From a bacterium (GTDB lineage Bacteria > Patescibacteriota > Microgenomatia > UBA1400 > UBA12108): DNA of 64,000 bases. Position numbers and translations under genes: made by a program. The stretch covers positions 42,752 to 106,751 of the forward strand of contig JBDRPO010000016.1 in the NCBI GenBank assembly GCA_043827085.1. Reading direction: 5' to 3'. Of this stretch, positions 55,585 to 64,000 are shown in pieces. The number at the start of each line of letters is the position of its first letter. Positions within the stretch are counted from its first letter, which is position 1. The notes under the pieces are model-generated. The model did not search any database, was not told the origin of the DNA, and saw nothing but the letters and a program-made list of their open reading frames with translations.

Positions 55585-56379
55585 ATGAATACAAAAAAAC
55601 TGTTGCTGCTAACGTTCCTAGTTATCTCTGTTTTTCTCTTTGCTCCCAAGCCATCAAAGGCCGTCGATTTCCAGGAAATATTTACCGCCGACGATTCATT
55701 CTTAGTTAGGCTTCAGGAAGAGCTTCAGTATTTTTTCGCCATTAAGTTAGAAAATAAAGTAGAAGTACTGGAGCAGCACGCAGAAAAACGCCTGACTATG
55801 GCTCAAGGTTACGCCGAGGCAGGTAATGGCGAAAAAGTCCAAAACCTCCTCCAAAATTATCTTCAGATTAAAGAAAAACAAAATAATTTACTGGGTAAAA
55901 CTGCGGGCGGGGAAGTATTAGGGGCAGTTGAAGAAAGAACCATCGAACAACAAAAAACCATGGAACAAATCAAGACAAAAATTGACGAAAATGGACAAGG
56001 GCAAGTCAGGCAAGTACAAGAACAAGTAGTCAATCAAGTCGCAGAGAGAATAGTCGTAGTCAATGGATCAGAGGGACAAAACGAATTCTTTCAAAAAGTT
56101 GAACACGTCTGGGCTCCAGGCACAGGTCCAGGAGGAACCGCCGGGGTAGTATACGAAGGAGGTTCCAAATTAATTTTTGCTCCAGGCACCTCAGCCGGAG
56201 GCAACGCAGGGTCCGACATCAAGACCGTAGAAGTCAAAACTGGTGGAGGTGAAGAGACTGGTTTACCCCCAGGAGTAACTGCCGGAGATGGCGACACAGC
56301 CCAAAATCATTATGCCCCAGGTACAACCGGTCCAGCAGATGGTAGTGGAGTCATGGATCCAGGTAAAATTGACAAGTAA
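55585..56379 (+). CDS. Secreted protein with helical (DUF5667-like) domain and Gly-rich APGT repeats
   Basis: Signal peptide, AEKRL.A motif, repeated (W/F/Y)APGT. Confidence 0.65.
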   Translation: MNTKKLLLLTFLVISVFLFAPKPSKAVDFQEIFTADDSFLVRLQEELQYFFAIKLENKVEVLEQHAEKRLTMAQGYAEAGNGEKVQNLLQNYLQIKEKQNNLLGKTAGGEVLGAVEERTIEQQKTMEQIKTKIDENGQGQVRQVQEQVVNQVAERIVVVNGSEGQNEFFQKVEHVWAPGTGPGGTAGVVYEGGSKLIFAPGTSAGGNAGSDIKTVEVKTGGGEETGLPPGVTAGDGDTAQNHYAPGTTGPADGSGVMDPGKIDK

Positions 56380-56484
56380 TAGCTTATCAAAAGGCAAAAT
56401 TATGCCAGTCAAAAGCATCATCTGGCCCGCCATGCTCGTCTTCCAGGCTTTTCCCCTCTTGCATCTGTAAACGACAATCATGCA

Positions 56485-57081
56485 TTAAGTGTAGAAAAGC
56501 TTAGCTTTGACCAAGGCCGCGCGTTTACGTTCAGTAGTTACTTCTTGGATTTTGTTATATAGATCACGATCTTTAGCAATATGTCCTGAATTTACCCTCC
56601 ATAACTGATAAATGTCTTCAAGGAGTATGTTTATCTCTTCTATTTTAGTCGTGTCAGCCTCAGTAATGTCTTTCCACCGCTTGCTAAATTCTACTCTTTT
56701 CTCCGGATCTTTAAAGTCTAGGGGTCGAACTCTAGGTAGTTCCTCCCTTTCTTCAGGTTTATCCTTATTTAATTTAGCCTTCTTCCTGATCTCTTCTTTC
56801 CGTGCCCGTCTCGAGAGTTTAGTTAGTACAAACTGTTCGAGGAAATCCAATTTATTCCATTTATCATCACTATCAACTTGTAGACGGGTATGTTCAATTG
56901 CTAAGTTTACTAGCGGAATAAGAGGATGACACTCCAACATCGCCCCCGTCGCCAGATTCTCTCGATTTGCCCTATCCTCATCAGTTTCTTTTACTTTTGG
57001 TTGCAGTCTCTCTACCAACCCGCTCCACCACCCACCATTTTTACCTACAGAAACAGTCGTGCTATGAACAAGTTCCACCAT
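56485..57081 (-). CDS. Hypothetical protein
   Basis: 198-aa charged ORF 7 nt downstream of the zinc-ribbon gene. Confidence 0.65.
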   Translation of the reverse strand: MVELVHSTTVSVGKNGGWWSGLVERLQPKVKETDEDRANRENLATGAMLECHPLIPLVNLAIEHTRLQVDSDDKWNKLDFLEQFVLTKLSRRARKEEIRKKAKLNKDKPEEREELPRVRPLDFKDPEKRVEFSKRWKDITEADTTKIEEINILLEDIYQLWRVNSGHIAKDRDLYNKIQEVTTERKRAALVKAKLFYT

Positions 57082-57088
57082 ACGTGAA

Positions 57089-57640
57089 TTAATTTTCTAG
57101 GTCAGTAGGCATCGGCTCGGGCGGGAGAAATTCATCACCACCGTCTTTGGGAACGTACTGCTCAGCTTTGAGCCACTCCACGTACGTGCAACCCGTTGCC
57201 TCTTTTTTCTCGCGGTCCCAGCCTGCGGTAGAACACTTTTTCATTTTTTTGCCACTAGCTGTTGTATATAAAACAAGCTTCTTCCCACACTCTGGACAAT
57301 TTTCATCCAGCTTTTCTGTCGTACCATTGATCCACTCTATATAGTCACACCCCTCGGCTTTCTTGGTCTCCGCGTTCCACACATTGGTCGAACACTTTTT
57401 CATCTTTTTGCCAAACCTGGTCACGTTCAAGACTAGTGGTTTTCCGCACTTGGGGCATTTCTCGTCTAATTCTTTTGGTTGTACTTCAAGCCACTTTACA
57501 TAATCACAACCTTCATTTTTGTGTGTTTCCGGATTCCACGAGCCTTTTGAGCAGCGCTGCAACTGGCGGCCAGTCTTAGTTTCAGTGACTGGAGATAACT
57601 CGGCTCCACACTTTGGACATTTATCTTCCATGATTGTCAT
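57089..57640 (-). CDS. Stand-alone topoisomerase-type C4 zinc-ribbon repeat protein
   Basis: Three CPxCG...CS...W...GCxYxxW repeats. Confidence 0.8.
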   Translation of the reverse strand: MTIMEDKCPKCGAELSPVTETKTGRQLQRCSKGSWNPETHKNEGCDYVKWLEVQPKELDEKCPKCGKPLVLNVTRFGKKMKKCSTNVWNAETKKAEGCDYIEWINGTTEKLDENCPECGKKLVLYTTASGKKMKKCSTAGWDREKKEATGCTYVEWLKAEQYVPKDGGDEFLPPEPMPTDLEN

Positions 57641-57650
57641 AATAGATGGT

Positions 57651-57911
57651 ATGTCCTACTTTGTCTATATGCTAATTTGTGAAGACGGGAGTTACTATCT
57701 CGGATCTACCAATGATGTTAATAAGCGTTTTGCCGCCCACCTTGCCGGCCGTGGTGCCAGCTATACTCGTAGTCACAAACCAATCAAAATCGTTTACAGA
57801 GAAGAGTTGTCGGACAAGTCCAACGCTCTCCGCCGCGAACACGAACTCAAAAAACTTACTCATGTCCAAAAAGCTATTTTGCTACGTAAAAAGTGTGACC
57901 CCAAACCTTAA
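57651..57911 (+). CDS. GIY-YIG nuclease family protein (UPF0213-like)
   Basis: FVYML.C.DGSYYLGSTND...R...H..GRGASYT...E..LK. Confidence 0.9.
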   Translation: MSYFVYMLICEDGSYYLGSTNDVNKRFAAHLAGRGASYTRSHKPIKIVYREELSDKSNALRREHELKKLTHVQKAILLRKKCDPKP

Positions 57912-58497
57912 GTCTATTTACACTTGTAAAAACGCCATTTAATAATTTTTCGAAACAAACAAAATCATCTTCTCGGAAACTATGCGAGGCATAATTAAAT
58001 ATCGCCTGCCCATCTAGTGTTATTGCGCGCTTGACATCACTCAAAAATCTTTTTGTTTCCACAAACTTGGGTACCCCATCCCCGCTGTACAAATCCACAA
58101 TTACCAACTCATATCGCTGTTTATTCCGTTTCACATATGTTTTTGCATCTTCTGTAACTATCTGCAGCTTCTCGTTCGGGATAATTCCGAAATAATCTTT
58201 TGCCACTCTGACCACTTCTGCCTCTAGTTCTACTACCACAATTTTCCCGTGGGTATGTTGGCTCGTTAATTGTTTTACTACATCTCCTCCACCTAACCCC
58301 AATAGCAATACATTTTTTGCCTTTCCTCTTCTTTCTAATACCTTTTTCCAAATCCTCCTATACAGACTCCCTGATTGGGGATAACCGTTGAGATCCATTT
58401 TTCTCTGTCCACAAGCCTCACGCACTTCAATTGAGGTGGATCTTACGGTCTTACCGTGGTAGAGGGTGAGGGGAATAAGGTAAGAAATCCAAGTCAT
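57874..58497 (-). CDS. Spermidine-synthase-like class I SAM methyltransferase
   Basis: LLLGLGGG, VVELE, EDA, IVDLY. Confidence 0.8.
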   Translation of the reverse strand: MTWISYLIPLTLYHGKTVRSTSIEVREACGQRKMDLNGYPQSGSLYRRIWKKVLERRGKAKNVLLLGLGGGDVVKQLTSQHTHGKIVVVELEAEVVRVAKDYFGIIPNEKLQIVTEDAKTYVKRNKQRYELVIVDLYSGDGVPKFVETKRFLSDVKRAITLDGQAIFNYASHSFREDDFVCFEKLLNGVFTSVNRLKVWGHTFYVAK

Positions 58498-58535
58498 ATG
58501 TAGCAATATTATACTTTTTCAGGCACAATTGATGT

Positions 58536-59813
58536 ATGAAGAAAGGCATTAAAGAATTTTTCAAAAGTGTCGGACCCGGAGTGATCACGGGTGCCGCCGA
58601 CGACGACCCCTCTGGCATCGCTACCTACAGCCAAACTGGTGCTCAGTTTGGTCTTGGCCAACTATGGACTGCCGTTTACATGCTTCCGTTTCTAGTTTCA
58701 GTCCAAGAAGCCTGTGCTCGGATTGGTGCCGTCACCGGCCATGGCTTATCTTACGCCGTCAAAAAGCACTTTAGTCGTAAAGTGCTAATGTTCATGGTGA
58801 TTTTAGTTTTGGTTTCCAATACGATCAACATCGGTGCCAACATCGGTGCTATGGCTGCCTCGCTCCAGCTTGTGACTCCCCTTACCTTCACCCCCCTTGC
58901 CCTCATTGTCACCGTGTCAATTCTGATCCTCGAAATTTTTACCTCCTACCGTGTTTACTCTCGCCTACTCAAGTGGCTCGCCCTCACTCTCTTTGCCTAT
59001 CCACTCACTCTCTTCATCATTCAAGCGTCTTGGGCAGCTATCCTTCCCGCTACCTTTATCCCACATATTGAGTTTAACTTTGCCTTTTTCTTTATCATCA
59101 CCGGCGTTCTCGGGACCACTATCTCACCTTTTATGTTTTTCTGGCAAGCATCGGAGGAGGTAGAAGAAGAACGGTCTCAAAAAATGATCAAATATGGTAT
59201 TCCTCACCTCACCGCTCGTTTCATCCGCTCTCTCCGCTTTGACAATTTTATCGGTATGCTCTTTTCCGAACTTGGCACCTGGTCGATCATCATTGTCGCC
59301 GCCACGGTCTTGCATAATAGTGGGGTAACCGATATTAGGACTGCCGCCGACGCCGCAGCTGCCCTCGAACCTCTCGTCCACACTTTTCCCAATGCTGGTT
59401 ATTTGTCCAAATTATTGTTTACTACCGGTATCGTGGGTTTGGGATTTCTCGCTATTCCCGTTATGTCTGGCTCCGCTGCCTATGCCCTCGCCGAAGCCTT
59501 CAATTTTCGTGACGGTTTAAACCTGAAACTAAAGCAAGCACACGGCTTTTATGGCGCCATCACTCTTGCGACTTTGATTGGTCTCCTCATCAACTATATA
59601 GGGATCGATCCGATGAAAGCTCTGGTCTATGCCGCCGTCCTCAATGGTTTTGTAGCCGTCCCGCTCATCTTCCTCATCGGCAAAATCAGCAGTGATAAAA
59701 ATATCATGGGAAAATACAGGAGCGGGTTTCTTTCCCGCTCCTTTATTTGGTTGACTTTTATCGGTATGTCTTTTGCCGCTGCCGGGACCATCTACATGCT
59801 CTTAGTTCGCTAA
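58536..59813 (+). CDS. NRAMP-related divalent metal transporter
   Basis: GPGVITGAADDDPSGIATYSQ, GTTISP. Confidence 0.9.
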   Translation: MKKGIKEFFKSVGPGVITGAADDDPSGIATYSQTGAQFGLGQLWTAVYMLPFLVSVQEACARIGAVTGHGLSYAVKKHFSRKVLMFMVILVLVSNTINIGANIGAMAASLQLVTPLTFTPLALIVTVSILILEIFTSYRVYSRLLKWLALTLFAYPLTLFIIQASWAAILPATFIPHIEFNFAFFFIITGVLGTTISPFMFFWQASEEVEEERSQKMIKYGIPHLTARFIRSLRFDNFIGMLFSELGTWSIIIVAATVLHNSGVTDIRTAADAAAALEPLVHTFPNAGYLSKLLFTTGIVGLGFLAIPVMSGSAAYALAEAFNFRDGLNLKLKQAHGFYGAITLATLIGLLINYIGIDPMKALVYAAVLNGFVAVPLIFLIGKISSDKNIMGKYRSGFLSRSFIWLTFIGMSFAAAGTIYMLLVR

Positions 59814-60174
59814 ACTCCCCACCCTGTATTTTGCCAGTAGTTGTCTCGGTATCTGTGAATGTATGTGCCCCATCGCCGACTTGCCACTAAACAAATCGCT
59901 CGCATCCTTTCCACATGCCTGCAAAATCCTTCCACCACCCGGATGCAACGACACATAACCAGATACGTTATAAACTTGACCTTCGATTACAGTCCAACAA
60001 TCACTAGAACTTGTATGTTGGGTAACTTCTGCCAGACTTATTGCCTCCTGCTGAGTTGGGGTTGGAGAAGGGGAGGGGAAAGGGAGTAGATTTATTTGCA
60101 CTTTTTGCCAAAACCACTCCTAGTAAACTCAACCCTCCAACTATCACCACTGCCAAATAACTTTTTTTCATCAT
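59802..60174 (-). pseudogene. Cytochrome b5-like heme-binding protein, frameshifted
   Basis: CW.VI.G.VYNV, HPGG, CGKDAS, H motifs; the N-terminal anchor from ATG 60174 is in a different frame. Confidence 0.65.
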
Positions 60175-60632
60175 TAATTATTCCCGGTTTGTCCCCGCAT
60201 TACTGGGTTTAACTCTATACTTGTCGCTGTCGTGCTCCCATCAGCATTATGTGTCCCTTGTATCGCCACGCTCTTGCCGACTTGCAGCTCGTCTGCGGTT
60301 GTCTCACTTGCCATGCGGTACGTTGTAGTGCTAGAGAGGATTACTATCTTACTACTCCCATCAGGCAATTTTACCGTCATGCTCTTATCGTCTTTAGCCG
60401 TAACCTCTCCGACTACCGCTCCGCCTCTCATCATTTCAATTCCGGGTTGTGCTGATCCACCTACGCTTCGTGTGACATTATTACTATTTTGAGTATTCCC
60501 AGTTCGATTTCCTATCTGTCCAAAACGGTCATTGCGCTGATTCTGGGAATATTTAGTTCCTCCCCAAAATCCTCCTCCTCCCGCAACCACTGCGGTTAGT
60601 GCCACCGCCAAAATCAAATTAGTATTCTTCAT
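60174..60632 (-). CDS. DUF5666-like exported OB-fold protein
   Basis: TM with GGGGFWGG; GEV..KD..S.TVKL.DGSSK, DGS.TA.SI. Confidence 0.75.
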   Translation of the reverse strand: MKNTNLILAVALTAVVAGGGGFWGGTKYSQNQRNDRFGQIGNRTGNTQNSNNVTRSVGGSAQPGIEMMRGGAVVGEVTAKDDKSMTVKLPDGSSKIVILSSTTTYRMASETTADELQVGKSVAIQGTHNADGSTTATSIELNPVMRGQTGNN

Positions 60633-60691
60633 AAGATCTCCTCTAACAATTATTATTTAAATAATATAAGAATTATCTGAAATTACGCTGA

Positions 60692-61924
60692 CTATTCGTA
60701 TCTGAGTGCCTCAATTGGCTGGAGCGATGCTGCTTTGCGGGCTGGATACCAACCAAAAATTATTCCGATTATAGTAGAGACAGCAAACGCCAAAAATACT
60801 GATGAAACCGAAACTACAAACAATCCAGAAGTACTCGTTGCATATATATAAGCAAGAAGAATACCTAAAAGTATTCCGATAAGCCCACCAGTAAAGGTAA
60901 GGATTACCGCCTCCATCAAGAATTGCGTAATAATCAAACGATCCTTGGCACCCAATGCTTTGCGTAGTCCAATCTCCCGCGTTCGCTCAGTCACTGTCAC
61001 AAGCATAATATTCATAATTCCTATTCCTCCCACGAGTAGTGATATAGCCGCCACTCCCGAAAGTAAGCTCGTCAATGTTCCCGTTACTGAGCTCACCGCA
61101 TTTAACATATCTTGTTGGTTGCGGATCGAAAAATCAGCTTTTGTTGTATCAGAGATATGATGTCTCTCCATCAGAGTGTATCCTATTTGATTCATTGCCT
61201 GGGTCATAACATCTTCACTATTTGTCTCTACAATTATCGAACTTAGGTATTTCACCCCAAACAGTTTCTTTTGTGCCGTAGAGAGAGGGATGTAAATGAT
61301 ATCGTCTTGGTTTGACATACCACTGCCACCTTTTTGTTCCGTCACTCCAATTATAGAGAAATTGAGTGCTCCAATCCGGATAGACTGTCCCACCGCATCG
61401 GTATCAAGCGCATTATCTCCCCATAGACCAGTGAGTACTGTGGGGCCAATTATCGCTACGTTCGTATTTGCATCAAGATCATTCTTTGTGATGTTGCCAC
61501 CTGTTGCCACTTTAATATTTCTTGCACTCAAATATTCTGGGGTTATTCCTGTAATAGAAGTATTTGTATTACTATCACCGTAAACAACTTGTGAACGAGC
61601 AGTATAAGTCGGTAAAACCGTTTTAAGCGCAGTTAATGTTTGGTCAGAGGAGAGAGCTTTGGCATCATCATAAGTCAAAGTTGTTCCCCCCCCTTGAGCT
61701 CCTCTCACCAGTCCAGTCCTCTGTGCTCCCGGACTCACGGTCAGGATATTTGACCCAAGAGATTGAATTTGAGCAGTAATAGATTTCTGGCTTGCTTCAC
61801 CAATTGAAAGAAGTGCAATCACACTGCCTATACCTATCACGATCCCAAGCATTGCAAGTCCTGTTCTCATTTTATTGAGGAGTAGGGTACCGACACTTTC
61901 GCTAAATAGTTCTTTGTAATCCAT
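60692..61924 (-). CDS. MacB-like ABC permease
   Basis: LGIVIGIGSV, VGGIGIMNIMLVTVTERTREIG, PIEALRYE. Confidence 0.95.
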   Translation of the reverse strand: MDYKELFSESVGTLLLNKMRTGLAMLGIVIGIGSVIALLSIGEASQKSITAQIQSLGSNILTVSPGAQRTGLVRGAQGGGTTLTYDDAKALSSDQTLTALKTVLPTYTARSQVVYGDSNTNTSITGITPEYLSARNIKVATGGNITKNDLDANTNVAIIGPTVLTGLWGDNALDTDAVGQSIRIGALNFSIIGVTEQKGGSGMSNQDDIIYIPLSTAQKKLFGVKYLSSIIVETNSEDVMTQAMNQIGYTLMERHHISDTTKADFSIRNQQDMLNAVSSVTGTLTSLLSGVAAISLLVGGIGIMNIMLVTVTERTREIGLRKALGAKDRLIITQFLMEAVILTFTGGLIGILLGILLAYIYATSTSGLFVVSVSSVFLAFAVSTIIGIIFGWYPARKAASLQPIEALRYE

Positions 61925-62649
61925 TATTTTTTATTCCCCGACAGACTGAATTTATGCAAATTGTCGCCAATTAATTTCCCATCTTTGATAGTAATAACTC
62001 TCTTGGCATGCTCGGCGATATCTAGCTCATGTGTAATTATCACCATGGTGTGTCCATCTTTGTTTAATTTATCAAATATCTCCATTATTTCTTCAGCCTG
62101 CGCAGAAGCAATATTGCCGGTTGGTTCATCAGCTAAAATCATGGCTGGGTTCATGGAGAGCGCTCGTGCTATAGCTACTCGTTGTTGTTGTCCACCAGAG
62201 AGCTGATTAGTTAAATGATAAATTCTGTCCTGAAGTCCCACAAGTGTTAGGTATTTAACCGCGCGCGCTTTGCACTCTGCAACTGGTATATCACCGTAAC
62301 GCATAGGCAACATGACATTTTTCAAACAACTCGTACGAGGTAATAGATTATATGCCTGGAAAACAAATCCGATTTTTCGGTTACGAATATCTGCTAGCTC
62401 ATCACCTGACATTTTCTCTACGTTTTGACCATCTAGTTTGTAAACTCCACTTGTTGGTTGGTCTAGACATCCAAGTATGTGCATCAATGTACTCTTCCCC
62501 GATCCCGATGGACCCATGATTGCCACATACTCTCCTCGCTTAATATGAAAACTAACTTTATCTAGTGCGACAGTCTGCACTTCGCCAACCTGGTAAATTT
62601 TACTAATATCTTTGATATCTATTATGGTGCTAGCATTTCTATTAGTCAT
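61924..62649 (-). CDS. MacB/LolD-like ABC ATP-binding protein
   Basis: GPSGSGKST, LSGGQQQR, ILADEPTGN. Confidence 0.96.
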   Translation of the reverse strand: MTNRNASTIIDIKDISKIYQVGEVQTVALDKVSFHIKRGEYVAIMGPSGSGKSTLMHILGCLDQPTSGVYKLDGQNVEKMSGDELADIRNRKIGFVFQAYNLLPRTSCLKNVMLPMRYGDIPVAECKARAVKYLTLVGLQDRIYHLTNQLSGGQQQRVAIARALSMNPAMILADEPTGNIASAQAEEIMEIFDKLNKDGHTMVIITHELDIAEHAKRVITIKDGKLIGDNLHKFSLSGNKK

Positions 62650-63935
62650 TAAAATCCTGGCATGCCCATACCACCTTGCCGAGTGTTGTCAAAAGCTGAA
62701 GTAGTATTACTATTTTTTACGCTAATGCTACTGCCAGTAACGATAGCATCCCCCTCAGATAGTCCACTGACAATAACTGTTTGAGTGTCATTTGTCGCTC
62801 CAGTTTCCACGGAAGTCGTGACAGGTTTTTTATCTTTCATGATTTGTATAGTACTCACTCCATCAGTTGTAGTCAGTGCGGTAGAAGCAACTAGCAATAC
62901 ATCTGTCTCTATGTTCGTTATTATCGTCGCCGAAACCGACATATTGGGATATATTGGCAACTCTGTTGGATCCATCAGGATAGTCGCCGGGTAAGAACTC
63001 ACTCCGGAACTAGATGTGCCAGACACATCGACCGCCAATACCTTGCCCGTAAATGACTTGTCACTATGTGCATCCATTGTAATATTTACCTTTTGCCCAG
63101 CCTGAACTTTTGGAGCATCTACCTCAGTCAAGCTTACTTTTGCCTGATACTGATTGTTGGCCGATCGCACAAAGCCTATTGTCTGGCTACTAGCATAAGT
63201 TGATCCTGTCGTTGTGCTCTGACTTGTACTTGCTGTCATGGTGCTACCCGCGGTAAGCGTGAGATTATTGATGATCCCGTCAGCTGGCGCCACGATCGAA
63301 CCACTTACATCTTGGTAATCAAGATACGCTGCTTGTTGACTAATTTTTGCAGCACTGATAACCGAATCCGCATTAGCGAATTCGGCAGCAGATACATCGA
63401 AAGCAAGTTTTGCTTGCGTCACCACCTCTTCTTTTTGGTGTTTTTCATCATCTGTGAGTCCTGTCAAATTTTCAATATGACTAATAGTATCCTCAGCATC
63501 GATGATTGATTGTCTATCTTTCCAAATCTGGATAGAAGTATCTTGTTTATCTTTCATCGCTGATACGACTGCTTCTTGAGTCCTAAGATATGCTTGCCAA
63601 GCACTCGATCTTCGCTCTATTCCATCAGAATCTAGAGTAATATCCAAAATTTTTTGTCCTTTTTTAACAAGATCGCCATTCTTTACGTAGACTTTAGTTA
63701 CCGTCCCACTAGCTTTTGTTGAAATATTAGTTGTATTACCAGCCGTTATCGACCCAGTTGCCGCAATACTCGTGATTAGCGTCCCCTTGATCACAGTTCC
63801 CGTCTGATAGGCCACAGCACTCGTTTTAACGAATAGTTTTGTATACCCGAAGTATCCCCCTATCAAAAGCACCGCCACCAAAGCCAATTTGATATACCAC
63901 CTCGCATTTTTAAGCCAGTTCATTATCTTAATCAT
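62649..63935 (-). CDS. MacA-like periplasmic adaptor (membrane fusion protein)
   Basis: N-terminal TM, V.NGD.VKKGQ, I.AP.DG, SGL.EGD. Confidence 0.9.
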   Translation of the reverse strand: MIKIMNWLKNARWYIKLALVAVLLIGGYFGYTKLFVKTSAVAYQTGTVIKGTLITSIAATGSITAGNTTNISTKASGTVTKVYVKNGDLVKKGQKILDITLDSDGIERRSSAWQAYLRTQEAVVSAMKDKQDTSIQIWKDRQSIIDAEDTISHIENLTGLTDDEKHQKEEVVTQAKLAFDVSAAEFANADSVISAAKISQQAAYLDYQDVSGSIVAPADGIINNLTLTAGSTMTASTSQSTTTGSTYASSQTIGFVRSANNQYQAKVSLTEVDAPKVQAGQKVNITMDAHSDKSFTGKVLAVDVSGTSSSGVSSYPATILMDPTELPIYPNMSVSATIITNIETDVLLVASTALTTTDGVSTIQIMKDKKPVTTSVETGATNDTQTVIVSGLSEGDAIVTGSSISVKNSNTTSAFDNTRQGGMGMPGF

Positions 63936-64000
63936 ATAATTGTATCCTGAAGTTTCGCTGAATAGGGGAGGGTAATTATGACGCTAATTCCTTTTCCTAT

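Noticed and set aside
57089-57640. DNA-level repeats suggesting a mobile or diversity-generating element
   Set aside because: Explained by three protein-level zinc-ribbon repeats; no reverse transcriptase or TR/VR pair was seen
1-64000. Alternative genetic code (TGA recoded as Gly or Trp)
   Set aside because: TGA terminates conserved genes at expected lengths (rplD, rpsC, rplX, infA) and no conserved gene needs read-through

Overview
Bacterial chromosome segment, genetic code 11, most likely Patescibacteria/CPR (Microgenomates-like). This is inferred from the missing rpmD, the compact S10-spc-alpha block running directly into rplM-rpsI, and the typical CPR hypothetical genes. 1-16.3 kb: 3' part of tuf plus the ribosomal-protein superoperon (secY, a truncated and an intact adk, map, infA, rpoA). 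16.5-47.8 kb: housekeeping genes (recA-recX-rny-HU, two ABC-2 systems, miaA, uppP, secDF, RNase P RNA, cca, recJ, a DD-carboxypeptidase, aspS, gltX, csaA-proS). 47.8-54 kb: tRNA-Gln(CTG) followed by a decayed AT-rich island. It carries a tightly coupled four-gene operon (tandem VTC+CYTH triphosphate-tunnel enzyme, compact IucA/IucC-like ligase, PRTase-like/ADP-ribosylglycohydrolase fusion, metallophosphoesterase), which is the best candidate here for an undescribed system. 54-64 kb: accessory and transport genes ending in a MacAB-like operon. Notable non-coding signals: a T-box riboswitch with an ultra-short Stem I and a Pro specifier; five GGTCTGACC...GGTCAGACC doublet elements with interchangeable inner hairpins; a TrpR-like gene bracketed by a perfect 25-bp direct repeat; and widespread -10 boxes 6-8 nt before start codons (leaderless genes). 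All family assignments come from reading motifs by eye, with no database searches.
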